Virus record (IMG/VR): IMGVR_UViG_3300027771_000009
Coordinates: 16,881-80,880 of that record
DNA: 64,000 bases
Direction: 5' to 3' (one strand)
Source: a virus
The notes under the pieces were generated by a model that was given only the letters and a program-made list of their open reading frames with translations, was not told where the DNA came from and did not search any database. Below are positions 1 to 12,700 of this stretch, one piece after another. How positions within the stretch are numbered: position 1 is the first letter of the stretch; every line of letters starts with the position of its first letter. Both the position numbers and the translations under genes were made by a program.

Positions 1-2
1 AA

Positions 3-2792
3 ATTGATTTTGTTTATGATTCAGTTAAATTGAATAGAGGATTTATTCAAAATGAAACTGTTGCGTTTGTAAACGCTAAATATCCAAACTTACAATACAA
101 TGAAGTAAGTTGTAGTAGAGATACTGGATTTATCGTAGATGCAGTAATAACTGATTTAAAATATGGTGGTAACCAAAGAACATTAACTGCTGGTGAATTC
201 TATTATAGATTCCCATCTAAAGCAACTAATGTTCAATTAGGTGAAACAACTGATGCAGTAACTTATATATCTGATTTAGTTAACGAAATTGTATTACAAA
301 ATACTTTAACAATTCCAACATTAACTGAGAATTCTGAAAATGTAATAAAAACTACATCAGAAACTCAAACATTAGGAAGTGGAACAACTGAAGTATCGGT
401 ATTAAACGCTGTAAGTTCATCATTTGGTATTGTAATGGATATTGTTGTAAATGGAACTGGTTCTTTACCAATAACATCTGAATATACATCATCAATTGGT
501 GATTCAGAAACGTTAGAAGCTTATTCATTGTTAAAATCAAACATACCATTTATACAATCGGAAACTATTGCATATTTATCATCGTCTTGGTCAGAAGCAT
601 CTTATAACGAATCAAGTTGTAGTAGAGATATTGGTTCAATCGTTAGTGGAGCAGCTGAAGATTTATTATTCGGTTCAGTTTCATCATCTGTATTTAATGG
701 AAAATATTATTATGATTTCCCATCACAAGCACAGGGTACTCAATTGAATCAAACATTAGATGGAATTCGATACGCTAGTAGGTTGGCTAACAACATAATA
801 CAAAGTGTAACATACGTTACCTCTTCAATAGAGAACGTTACATCACATAACTTAATTAGAGATAATAAAGAGTTCATTCAATCAGAATCAATCGCTTACA
901 TATCTTCTTCTTGGAGTTCATTCGGATACAACGAAGAAACTTGTAAGAGAGATGTGGGGCACATTGTAGATGCAGTTTCTACTGATATTTTATATGGTGG
1001 AAATGAGAGAAGTGTAACTGCTGGTGATTTCTATTATAGATACCCATCGAACGCTACAACTTCAGAATTAGAACCAACTACAACTGGTATTGAATATGCT
1101 GGTGATTTAGTAGAGAAGTTAATTGTAAATAAAATATTCGTTTCACCATCAGTTGAAAGAATTGCTGGTAATGAAACGATATTAAAGAATAGAGAATTTA
1201 TTCAGACGGAAGTTATATCATATGTTTCTTCTTCTTGGAGTAATTTTGAATATAACGAAGCGAGTTGTAGTAGAGATACTGGATATATCTTAGATGCAGT
1301 AGCAACTGATTTCCTATATGGTGGAAATGAGAGAAGTAGAACTGCTGGAGAATTTTATTACAAATATCCTTCATCGGCTACTGTTGCTGGTGATACATCG
1401 CCAACTGTAAACGCTCAATTATATCCTACTTTAGATGGTATAAAATACGCTAGTGGTATTTCGCAAGAATTGGTTCAAAATATAGAATTTGTAACAGCTT
1501 CAAATGAAGTATCATCTTCTTGGAACTCATTAAGAGAAAATAAAGAGTTTATTCAAAACGAAGTAATAGCATATGTTTCTTCTTCTTGGAGTGGTGTATT
1601 CTATAACGAAGATAAGTGTAAAAGAGATGTTGGTCATTTAATTGACGCAACTGCAACGGATTTATACTATGGTGGAAATGAACGAAGTGTAAATGCTGGT
1701 TCATTCTATTATTTATTCCCATCTGCAGCAACTGCAAAGGGAGTTCCTTCAACTACATCTCAATTAGACCCAACTGTTGATGGTATCAGATATGCTGGTA
1801 ACTTATCAACTAAGGTAATTAAGAATGAAACTTTCTTACAACCATCGGCATCCGTATTAGTAGGAGCTGATTTGTTAGTTGGTAATAAAACGTTTATTCA
1901 GAAAGAAACAATCGCATTCCTAAGTTCATCTTGGAGTGAGTTTGAATATAATGAAGCTAGTTGTAGTAGAGATATTGGATATATCATCGATGCAGTTAGA
2001 ACGGATTTAGTTTATGGTGGAAATGAAAGAAGTGTTCAGGCTGGAACATTCTATTACTATATTCCTTCAGTAGCAACTACTGAACAAAAGCCACAAACAA
2101 CTGATGGTATTGATTTTGCTAAAGGATTATCTGAAAAAGTAATCTTAAAAGAACAATTGACAAGAGCATCATTCCAAACTAGACAATCAGTTGATTATTT
2201 AAGAGCTAGTAAGAAAGAATTACAATCAATTGCAATTTCATATACAAATGCGGCATTTCCAAATTTCGAATATAACGAAGATAAGTGTTATAGAGATACT
2301 GGGTTTATCGTAGATGCAATCGCAACTGATTTATACTATGGTGGAAATGAAAGAAGTATTGCAGCTGCAGAATCGTATTACACTGGTGTATATGGTTCAG
2401 CCGCAGAGGTAATTAATAACCAACAATATGAAACTGCAGATGTTAACCGATATTTACGAACTCAATTCCAACGAATTGTGAGAAACTCACCTTTAGAAGA
2501 ATTTGGTTCATTAATTATTACAACTGGACATGATTTCTCATACGCTGGTGCTGGTGTAACTTATAAAGCATTACCTCCTAATCAGGGTGGTGCTGGTGTA
2601 CCTGACCCAACTAAAGAAATTACTGAAATAGCTGGTGGTAGAGTGTTCTTTACTTCAGGTAATGAACTTGGGGATTTTAGAATTGGTACGGGACTTGTAA
2701 TTAATCAGGCAACTGGTACATTGCAGGGTAGAACATTCTCTCGTTCACTATTTTCATTAGTTACACCATTCTCTCTTGCATTGGAAGGGTAA
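3..2792 (+). CDS. Virion structural repeat protein, 5'-truncated by the window edge
   Basis: Frame is open back to position 3. Seven repeats of YNExxCxRDxGxIVDAxxTDxxYGGNERS. C-terminus (GHDFSYAGAG...GDFRIG...FSRSLF...ALEG) resembles large structural proteins of aquatic myoviruses. Confidence 0.7.
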   Translation: MDFVYDSVKLNRGFIQNETVAFVNAKYPNLQYNEVSCSRDTGFIVDAVITDLKYGGNQRTLTAGEFYYRFPSKATNVQLGETTDAVTYISDLVNEIVLQNTLTIPTLTENSENVIKTTSETQTLGSGTTEVSVLNAVSSSFGIVMDIVVNGTGSLPITSEYTSSIGDSETLEAYSLLKSNIPFIQSETIAYLSSSWSEASYNESSCSRDIGSIVSGAAEDLLFGSVSSSVFNGKYYYDFPSQAQGTQLNQTLDGIRYASRLANNIIQSVTYVTSSIENVTSHNLIRDNKEFIQSESIAYISSSWSSFGYNEETCKRDVGHIVDAVSTDILYGGNERSVTAGDFYYRYPSNATTSELEPTTTGIEYAGDLVEKLIVNKIFVSPSVERIAGNETILKNREFIQTEVISYVSSSWSNFEYNEASCSRDTGYILDAVATDFLYGGNERSRTAGEFYYKYPSSATVAGDTSPTVNAQLYPTLDGIKYASGISQELVQNIEFVTASNEVSSSWNSLRENKEFIQNEVIAYVSSSWSGVFYNEDKCKRDVGHLIDATATDLYYGGNERSVNAGSFYYLFPSAATAKGVPSTTSQLDPTVDGIRYAGNLSTKVIKNETFLQPSASVLVGADLLVGNKTFIQKETIAFLSSSWSEFEYNEASCSRDIGYIIDAVRTDLVYGGNERSVQAGTFYYYIPSVATTEQKPQTTDGIDFAKGLSEKVILKEQLTRASFQTRQSVDYLRASKKELQSIAISYTNAAFPNFEYNEDKCYRDTGFIVDAIATDLYYGGNERSIAAAESYYTGVYGSAAEVINNQQYETADVNRYLRTQFQRIVRNSPLEEFGSLIITTGHDFSYAGAGVTYKALPPNQGGAGVPDPTKEITEIAGGRVFFTSGNELGDFRIGTGLVINQATGTLQGRTFSRSLFSLVTPFSLALEG

Positions 2793-2807
2793 TAATTAAA
2801 AAGATAA

Positions 2808-2815
2808 TATTTATA
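2808..2815 (+). promoter_or_regulatory. Putative phage late promoter motif (A)TATTTATA
   Basis: Also intergenic at 16859, 29536, 31878 (TATTTATT), 32477, 33481, 43293, 45526 and 46904, mostly just upstream of structural genes. Confidence 0.6.
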
Positions 2816-2833
2816 TAGGAAAAAGACAATAAA

Positions 2834-3700
2834 ATGGCAGATGTATTTGTACCGCTAAATGCGTTTAAATCGATTGTAACAACTCTGACCGGTGAAGATG
2901 ATATTGTATATTCCACACCAAGTGGGGTTTCAACTATCGTTCTATCTGCTCAGATTACTAATAATAGTAATTCCAATACGGAAGAGGTTACTGTAAAATT
3001 AGATTCAAACCGGAAAATACCAGAACCACAATTACAAAATGTGGTAAATACTGGTAGTTTTTATAGTGCTTCGGCATTATTAGAAATTAATAGAACTTAT
3101 ATTGAAAAGGAAGCAGCAGCATACGTTGGATTCCAAAACAATTTACAAGATATACCATTTTCATTTACATCATCAATATTTGAGGAAAGAATACATACTG
3201 CATTTGATGGTATTGTGTTTGATATCGAAAATGGTGGTACATTGAGAACGAAAAAAGCAGCATTATCATTTTATGATAAAAACGGAGTTAGTTTAATCAT
3301 AGGTGATGCTCAATTGACATCATCATATGATGCTATCACTTACGCAAATACTCTAACCAATCAAATTTTACTAAATGAATCAGTAACTGGTTCAGCGGAT
3401 GTACTTAGATTATATCAAACTACATTTACTCAATCATACGATGAAAGTATAGTTCCTGAAAGTGGTTCTATTTCGTTAATAACAGATTTACTTACAATAG
3501 TAGCAGATACTGTATATAACCCAACAAGAGTACCACAAGAAAAAATTGAATTTATTAGTAACTTTCCTATACCAAAGGGAGATTCACTATCACCCGTTGT
3601 GGCCGGAAAATTAGTATTAGAGCAAGATTTTGGGTTAGTATTTTCTGGTTCGGAGGATTTAAAAGTTGTACTTTCTATTTTGGAAAGTGCAAATGAATAA
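2834..3700 (+). CDS. Small structural/fibre adaptor protein with an inserted repeat domain
   Basis: Ends are paralogous to 17224..17556 (VYSxP..IV...xN; KxVLE...VVxSxLE). The middle resembles one repeat of the upstream gene. Confidence 0.6.
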   Translation: MADVFVPLNAFKSIVTTLTGEDDIVYSTPSGVSTIVLSAQITNNSNSNTEEVTVKLDSNRKIPEPQLQNVVNTGSFYSASALLEINRTYIEKEAAAYVGFQNNLQDIPFSFTSSIFEERIHTAFDGIVFDIENGGTLRTKKAALSFYDKNGVSLIIGDAQLTSSYDAITYANTLTNQILLNESVTGSADVLRLYQTTFTQSYDESIVPESGSISLITDLLTIVADTVYNPTRVPQEKIEFISNFPIPKGDSLSPVVAGKLVLEQDFGLVFSGSEDLKVVLSILESANE

Positions 3701-3722
3701 TAGTTAAGTTGAAAAATAATAG

Positions 3723-6700
3723 ATGAGTCAATTATTAAGCGGTAAGGTAAGAGTAGTTCGTCCGCAGGATGTATCGGATGATAGATATGAGTATTTATCG
3801 CTACAGGAAGCGGAACCTAATTTAGGTATTCCACTAAGTGGGAGTATCGCAAGTGGCTCGGTTGCACTTATTGCGTCAGATGTAGATGGAAATCGTTTAT
3901 TTATCACTAAAATCCAATTAGAAGAATTTAGTGGTTCATTTAGTGGTTCTTTTGCAGGTGATGGTTCCGAATTAAATAACCTACCTTTTTCAAGTCAATT
4001 AATAAGTGGGTCTGCATCCGCATCAATAGCACCAAACACTGGATTCTTAGTAAACGTATCTTCATCATTTGATGGTGATGTGGATGTGAATGGTGATGTT
4101 AGAGTTACTGGTGATTTATATGTAGATGATAGAATAGTAGCTAGGGAAATCTTAGTAGAAATAGTATCATCATCAATTATATTCTCATCTGGTTCAAACA
4201 AGTTTGGTAACACACCAGATGATTTGCAAGAATTTACTGGTTCAGTTGGAATGAATGGTTCGTTAAACGTAGAGGGTGATATCTCAACAACTAATGTAAC
4301 CGCTTCAATCGTATCATCTTCACTTTTTATCGGAGATGGTAGCCAATTATTCAACCTACCAGCCGCAGAGCAATCATCAAGAATAGCAGATGGTGCAGTA
4401 AGTGCTTCGGTAGATAACGAAACCGGATTTATTGTAATATCAAAAGAAAGTGGTTCACAATTCACTGGTTCATTATTTGTAAGTGGTGGTATATCACTTG
4501 GAAGTGGTAGTGTATTTAGTGGTAGTGGGGCAAATCTATTTGATATACCAAAAGCAGCATTAACCCCTGATGCATTATTATCATCATTCATTACAAGCGG
4601 GTCTGTTACCGCATCTGTTGACCCTAACTTTGGATTCAAATTAGAGGGTACCGATAGAGCAGAATTTAGTTCATCACTTTTCGTAAGTGGTGGAGTTTCA
4701 TTAGGAAGTGGTTCAGTATTTAGTGGTAGTGGTGCGGATTTATTTGATATACCCCGTTCAGCACTTACACAAGATGCTTTATTATCCAATGTAATAGTAA
4801 GTGGTTCCGTAACCGCATCTGTTTCACCAAGCAAGGGACTTGTGGTAACTTCAATAGAAAGTGGTTCAACATTCTTCGGAGATATAAAATTACAAACTGG
4901 TTCATTTAGTGGTAGTGGGGCAAATTTATTCAACATACCCAGATCAGCAATAACTGAAGATGCTGATTTATCAACATTTATAACAAGTGGTAGTATAACT
5001 GCTTCTGTAACACCTGATGATGGATTTGTTGTAACTTCAATAGAAAGTGGTTCAACTTTCTTTGGGGATGTTAGGGTAGAAAGTGGCTCAACCTTTAGTG
5101 GTAGTGGAGCAGATTTATTTGATATACCCCGTTCAGCATTTACTGGAGATGCATTTAGAATTGCTAGTGGTAGTGTAACTGCCTCTGTAACACCTAATGA
5201 CGGATTTGTTGTAACTTCAATAGAAAGTGGTTCAACTTTCTTCGGTGATGTTACATTATCATCTGGTTCAATATTTAGTGGTAGTGGTGAGGGGTTATTT
5301 GATATACCTCGGTCAGCACTTACTAACGATGCATTATTATCAACTGAAATTGTTACTGGTTCAATTACAGCATCGGTAACTCTTGAAGAAGGACTTGTAG
5401 TTACTTCAGTTGAGAGTGGTTCTACATTCTTTGGAGAAGTGAGAGTAGAAAGTGGCTCGGCATTTAGTGGTAGTGGTGAAAAGTTAAGAGATATACCATT
5501 TTCAGCACTTTCAACAGATGCACAAGATTCAATTACATCATTAGTATCTGATGAATCGAAAATATTAGTAAGTGGTTCGGTTTCTGCATCTGTTGATGCT
5601 GAAAATGGATTCATAGTAACATCAATCGCAAGTGGTTCAACTTTCTTTGGAAATGTAGGTGTAGCTAGCGGTTCTTCTTTTAGTGGTAGTGGTGCATTAT
5701 TAAACGATATACCATTCGCAGCTATCTCAACAACATCTGATGATACATTTTCTTCAATAATCTCAGGCGATTCAAAACGATTGATAACTGGTTCCATAAC
5801 GGCATCAGTTGATATAAATAAAGGATTCGTAATTGAATCGAAAGAAAAAGGAACTCAGATTACTGGTTCTGTTAATATTAGTGGTTCAATATCATCTTCA
5901 GTATTTGAAGGAGATGGTAGTGGATTAGTTAATATACCTCGCTCGGCACTTACTGAAGATGCACTTGTATCAACGGAAATTACTACTGGTTCCATAACGG
6001 CATCTGTAACACCAGAAAATGGATTTACAGTAACATCAGTAGAACTTGGTTCTACATTTAGTGGTTCTATAAATGTTGATTTAGCAGTAACTGCGTCTGG
6101 ATTCAAAGGTAGTGGTAGGGATTTAACTGATATAGTAACTACACAATTAGTTAGTGGAGCTGTAATTGCTGATGTATCACCTGACGCTGGATTTAGAGTA
6201 GTATCTCAAACAGTTGGTTCACAATTTACTGGTTCAGTAAGTGTGGATACATCAATGCAAGCTGTAACATTCGTATCAGCATCTACGTTTAAAGGTAGTG
6301 GTGCTGAATTAACTGATATAGTAATTACTGAAATAATAAGTGGAGCAGTTTCTGCAACGGTTACACCTGATGATGGATTTGTAGTAACCTCTAATGATAG
6401 TGGTTCTACATTTGTTGGTAGTGTTGATGTGGATGGTTTAGTTACTGTAACTGATTCAATTAACATAACAGGTAACGTATCCGCATCTATGTTTACTGGA
6501 AGTGGAGCTGGGTTATTCAATATACCTCGTTCGGCACTTACTGAGGAGGCTTTACTAATAAGTGAAATTGTAAGTGGTAGTATAACTGCATCTGTATCAC
6601 CTGATTCTGGGTTTACTGTTACTTCAATAGAAAGTGGCTCAACCTTCTTAGGTGAAGTTAGAGTAGAAAGTGGGTTTACATTTAGTGGTAGTGGGGCAAA

Positions 6701-9700
6701 TTTATTTAATATACCTCGCTCGGCACTTACTGAAGATGCTGATTTATCAACATTTATTACAAGTGGTAGTGTAACTGCATCTGTAACACCAGAAAATGGA
6801 TTTGTTGTAACTTCGATAGAAAGTGGTTCTACATTTAGTGGTTCTGTATTTTTATCATCCGGCTCATTCTTTAGTGGTAGTGGAGAACAGTTATTCGATA
6901 TACCAAAATCAGCAATATCTGATTTAGATACTTCATTAATATTTAGTGGTAGTGTATCTGCTTCAACTAGACCATCTACCGGTTTTACTGTTACTTCAAT
7001 AGAAAGTGGCTCAACCTTCTTAGGTGAAGTTAGAGTAGAAAGTGGTTCCGTATTTAGTGGTAGTGGAGAAAAGTTATTCGATATACCAAAATCAGCAATA
7101 TCTGATTTAGATAGTTCATTAATTTTTAGTGGAAGTGTAACCGCATCGGTTGAACCTACTGATGGATTTATTGTAACATCTATCGTAAGTGGTTCAACAT
7201 TCTTCGGAGATATAAAATTACAAACTGGTTCATTTAGTGGTAGTGGTGCTAAACTATTTGATATACCAAGAACAGCACTAACCCCTGATGCATTAGTTAG
7301 TACATTAATTACATCTGGTTCGGCAACGGCATCTATTTCACCAAACTTTGGGTTTGTTGTTAACACCTCATCATCTATTGAAGGTGATTTAACTGTTGAT
7401 AATGATTTATATGTAGGTGGAGCAATAAACGCAACTGAACTTAATGTAACATTCATAAACTCAGAAGTAATTTATTCTTCTGGTTCAAATCAGTTTGGTG
7501 ATAGTATTACTGATAGACAAGAATTTACTGGTTCTATAAACGTTAGTGGTTCACTTAACGTTGATGATGGAATCATTGGTGGTGATGGTAGTGGTCTATT
7601 TAATATACCACAATCAGCATTAACTGAAGCTGCAACCTTAATCGCAACTGGTAGTGTAACGGCATCAGTACATCCGATACGTGGGTTTGAAGTAAATTCA
7701 AAAAGTAAATTTGAAGATACTCTAACTATTACTGGTAGTTTAATTGTAAATAACCAAAATAGAGTAACAGATAATTTAACTAAAGTAATTACAGTACAAT
7801 CTACTGATGCTGGTAACAAATATTTTGTAGATGGTATTTTAAGACCTCTTATTTACTTAACTGTTGGTAACACTTATACGTTTAATCAATCAGATTCAAG
7901 TAATTCAACTCATGAAATAAGATTCTCCACTACCGATGATGGTACGCATGGTGGTGGTAGTTCATATACAACGGATGTAGATAATGGTAGTATAGCAGCT
8001 GGAACTAATGGTTCTGCAGTTACTATTGAAATAACTTCAGAGACACCAACAACTTTATATTATTATTGTTTAAATCACTCTGGAATGGGTGCTAGTACTT
8101 TACAATTAAATGTATTCCCATCATCAAATTCATTAATTGAAGATGATGTTAAAATAAGTGGTTCATTAATTGTAACTGAAAATATAACTGCAAATATAAT
8201 AAACGCTGAACAATATAGTGGTTCATTCTTTAGTGGTAGTGGACGGGATTTATTTGATATACCATTCTCTAATTTAACTGGAGATGCATTCAAAATCGTA
8301 AGTGGTTCAGTAACCGCATCAGTTTCACCAAATGATGGATTTGTAGTAACCTCAAAAGATAGTGGTTCACAATTTACTGGTTCATTATTTATAAGTGGTG
8401 GAGTTGAAATAAATAGTGGTTCATCGTTTAGTGGTAGTGGTGAGAATTTATTCAACATACCTTTAGCAGCATTTACACCGGCTGCACAAGATGCAGTTGA
8501 TGCTATCTTATCGTTCGAAGCTGGTAGAATATCAACTGGTAGTGTAACGGCATCGGTTGATGTTGAAAGAGGATTCATCGTAGATTCTGTAATTAGTGGT
8601 TCTACTTTTAGTGGTTCATTATTTGTAAGTGGTGGTATTAGTGTAATTAGTGGTTCTGTATTTAGTGGTAGTGGTGCTGATTTATTTGATATACCATTTA
8701 CCGCACTTTCGCAAGAAGCTATTAACGCACTTATATCTACCGAAATAAAAAGTGGTAGTGTTACAGCTTCAGTTGCACCTGATACTGGATTTGTAGTAAC
8801 TTCTATTGAAAGTGGTTCTACATTTACGGGTTCAGTTGATATTAGTGGTTCAATCTCAGCTTCATTATTTGAAGGAGATGGTAGTGGATTAACAAACATA
8901 CAATTGGCAAACTTATCGTTAGAGATAAGTCAAATAACATCTGGTTCTGTAACTGCATCGGTTGACCCAATTGAGGGATTTGTAGTAACATCATTAGATA
9001 GTGGTTCTACATTTACAGGCTCAGTTGATGTAAGTGGTTCATTTACTGTTACTGGTGGGATTATAACTGGTGATGGTAGTGGTATTACAAATATTGATTT
9101 GGCTAACTTATCGATTGATGCATCCAGTATCTTTACGGGTTCAGTTACTGCATCTGTAAAAGAAGATGGTCGATTTATAGTTGAAGATTCCACACACGTA
9201 GTTAAATCAGAATTTAGTGGTTCAATATTTGTATCAGAATCTGTAATAGCTAGAGCATTTATTGGTGATGGTAGCCAAATTACAAATGTACAAGCCGCAG
9301 CATCCCCAAAGATAGCTAGTGGTTCGGCAACCGCATCAGTTGAGAGTGGTGAGTTCTTCATTGTAAACTCATTTAGTGGTTCACAATTTACATCATCAGT
9401 TGATATTAGTGGTTCTGTATCAGCATCACTGTTCATTGGTGATGGTGGTGGTTTATTCAATATTCCATTAGATGCACTTGAAGATTTACAATTAGTAAAA
9501 ATTAACTCTGGTTCCGGTGAAGCAATAATTGACCCTGATAAGTTATTTGTGAATGTTCCAATAACCGCATCTCGATATGATGGTGATGGTAGTGGATTAT
9601 TTAACATACCAGCGGAATCATTACAAGATTTAAAATTAGATAAAATTGAAAGTGGTTCAGCTGTTGCAATTATTTCACCTGATAGAGGGTTAGAAATAAA

Positions 9701-12700
9701 TGTAGGAGTTAGTGTATCTCAATCACTTAGTGTAAGTGGTGGGTTATTCATAACTGGTAGTGATGTTATTGCTGCAAGTGGTTCAACATTCGTTGGTGAT
9801 GGTAGTGGGTTAAGTAATATTAACATCGCTAACTTAGCATTTGAAACTTCCTTATTAGAAAGTGGTAGTGCAACTGCAGAAATTTCACCAAACTTAGGAT
9901 TACAAATAAACACATCAGCATCCATTAGTGGAGGATTGAGTGTAGAAAAAAATATATACTCACCAATTATTAATGGTGGGCAAATTACTGGTTCACTTTA
10001 TGGTGGGTACTATGGTGAAGGCGATGCAGTAGATAGGGATATTCTTATTTATGATGATGCTCGTTCTAAATATGTACCTGTACCTGAATCAACACCAACA
10101 ATTGCTGAACCATTTACAAACGTAACTGAGGTAACTATTGTACACAACTTTGATGTTGAATATCCAATAGTACAGGTTTACGAAACTGGTTCAAATGGAA
10201 TGATTATTCCACAAGCTATTGAACCTCTTAATAGTAACTCTATTAAAGTAACCTTTAGTGGATTGACAAGTGGACACGTTGTTGTTGGTAGTGGAGGTTC
10301 TAAAATAAGTGGAGCAGTTAGTGGAGATAATGTAATTGGAATTGTACCATCGGCATCTAGAGCAAGTTCAGCACTTATTGCGGATACTGCAACAAATGTT
10401 GCTGGATTAGATTCAGCATCTATTGCTTTACTTAATAATTTAGAAAACTTTGTATTAAACGAACAAACCGCATCTATGACGGTGTTGAGTTCATCGTTCG
10501 CTCTTACCGCATCATATGCATTAAACGCAGCTTCATCTGATTCATCTGGTGATATTAGTAGTGATATAACTGCTTCTATGAGTGTTGCAACCGCATCATA
10601 CTCACATTACGCATTAACTGCTTCTTACGCATTAAATGCTGGAGAAGCTGGTGGGGGTGGAGATTTAACTTCGGCACAAACGGCATCGATGTATGTTTAC
10701 TCATCATCTTTTTCCTCAATTGCAGAATTTGCTTTAAACGCTGGTGGTAGTGGAGCTGGATTCCCATTTGAGGGATATGCTGAACTAACTGGTAGTTTAG
10801 ATATAAGTGGTAGTTTAATAATCACAGGTAGTACGTTTATACAAAACTTAGAAAGTGGTTCATCTGATTTCGTAGTAACATATAACGAAACAACTGGTAG
10901 ATTAGAAAAAAGAGATATAGAAGCAGCGCAAGGCGCCGATGGTACTTCTGGTAGTAGTGGTACATCTGGTAGTAGTGGTACATCTGGTTCATCGGGTACT
11001 TCTGGTTCATCTGGAACATCTGGTTCAGATGGTACATCTGGTTCATCTGGTACTTCTGGTACTTCTGGAACTTCTGGAACTTCTGGGACAAGTGGTACGA
11101 GTGGTACTTCTGGTTCTTCTGGTTCGTCTGGTTCAAGCGGAAGTAGTGGTAGTTCTGGAACGAGTGGTACAACTGGTACTTCTGGTTCATCTGGAACATC
11201 TGGTACTTCTGGAACATCTGGTACTTCTGGAACATCTGGTTCATCAGGCTCAAGCGGTAGTAGTGGAAGTAGTGGAAGTAGTGGTTCATCTGGTACAACT
11301 GGTTCGCATGGAACATCTGGTTCTTCTGGTTCTTCAGGCTCAAGCGGAAGTGGTGGTACATCTGGTTCATCTGGTAGTAGTGGAACATCTGGTTCATCTG
11401 GTAGTAGTGGTACATCTGGTTCATCCGGTTCATCTGGAACATCAGGTTCTTCTGGTTCTTCTGGTTCTTCTGGAACATCGGGTTCAACCGGTAGAGAAGG
11501 TGGTAGATTATACACAGTAACCAACAATGGCTTTAATTATTCTTTTGCTGGATATGTTGGAAATTTCCCAACATTAACATTAGTAAAGGGAGAACTTTAT
11601 TACTTCGATGTAAGTGGCGTAAGTATATCTCACCCATTCGCTATACGATTAGCAGATGGTGATTCAACATCAGTACCTGGTATTGATAATAATGATACTG
11701 TTAGTGGAAAGTATGGTACCGATGTATTAATAAAATATAGAGTTCCCGAAGATGCTCCTAATAGTATAGTTTATCAATGTGTTAATCATTCTGGGATGAT
11801 TGGAACGATTAGTATTGTAAATAAAAATGGTACTTCTGGTACATCTGGTTCATCTGGTACTTCTGGAACGAGTGGGAGTAGTGGTTCGTCTGGAACTTCT
11901 GGAACATCTGGTTCTTCTGGAACATCTGGTTCTTCTGGAACATCTGGAACTTCTGGTTCAGCAGGTTCAGCAGGAACGAGTGGAAGTAGTGGTACATCTG
12001 GTACAAGTGGTAGTAGTGGAAGTAGTGGAACATCTGGTTCTTCTGGAACGAGTGGTACATCAGGTTCATCTGGTTCGTCTGGAACGAGTGGAAGTAGTGG
12101 AACATCTGGAAGTAGTGGTTCATCTGGTTCATCTGGAAGTAGTGGTACTTCTGGTACATCTGGAACTTCTGGTAGTAGTGGAAGTAGTGGTTCTTCTGGA
12201 AGTAGTGGAACATCTGGAAGTAGTGGAACATCTGGTTCATCTGGTAGTAGTGGTAGTAGTGGAAGCAGTGGTTCTTCTGGAAGTAGTGGAACATCTGGAA
12301 GTAGTGGATTGAGTGGTAGTAATGGAACTTCTGGTTCTTCTGGTTCAAGTGGAACGAGTGGGGAGAGTGGTTCTTCTGGAACTTCTGGGACATCTGGAAC
12401 GTCTGGGACATCTGGGACAAGTGGAGAAGCTGGTTCATCGGGTACATCTGGAACAAGCGGTACATCTGGTGTAAGCGGTTCTTCTGGAACTTCTGGAACT
12501 TCTGGAACTTCTGGGACAAGTGGAACTTCTGGTGAAGCTGGTTCATCTGGAACGAGTGGTACGTCTGGTTCTTCTGGAACAAGCGGTACTTCTGGAACGA
12601 GTGGTAGTAGTGGTTCTTCTGGTACATCTGGTACTTCTGGTTCAAACGGAACATCTGGTACATCTGGTACATCTGGTAGTAGTGGTACATCTGGTTCATC

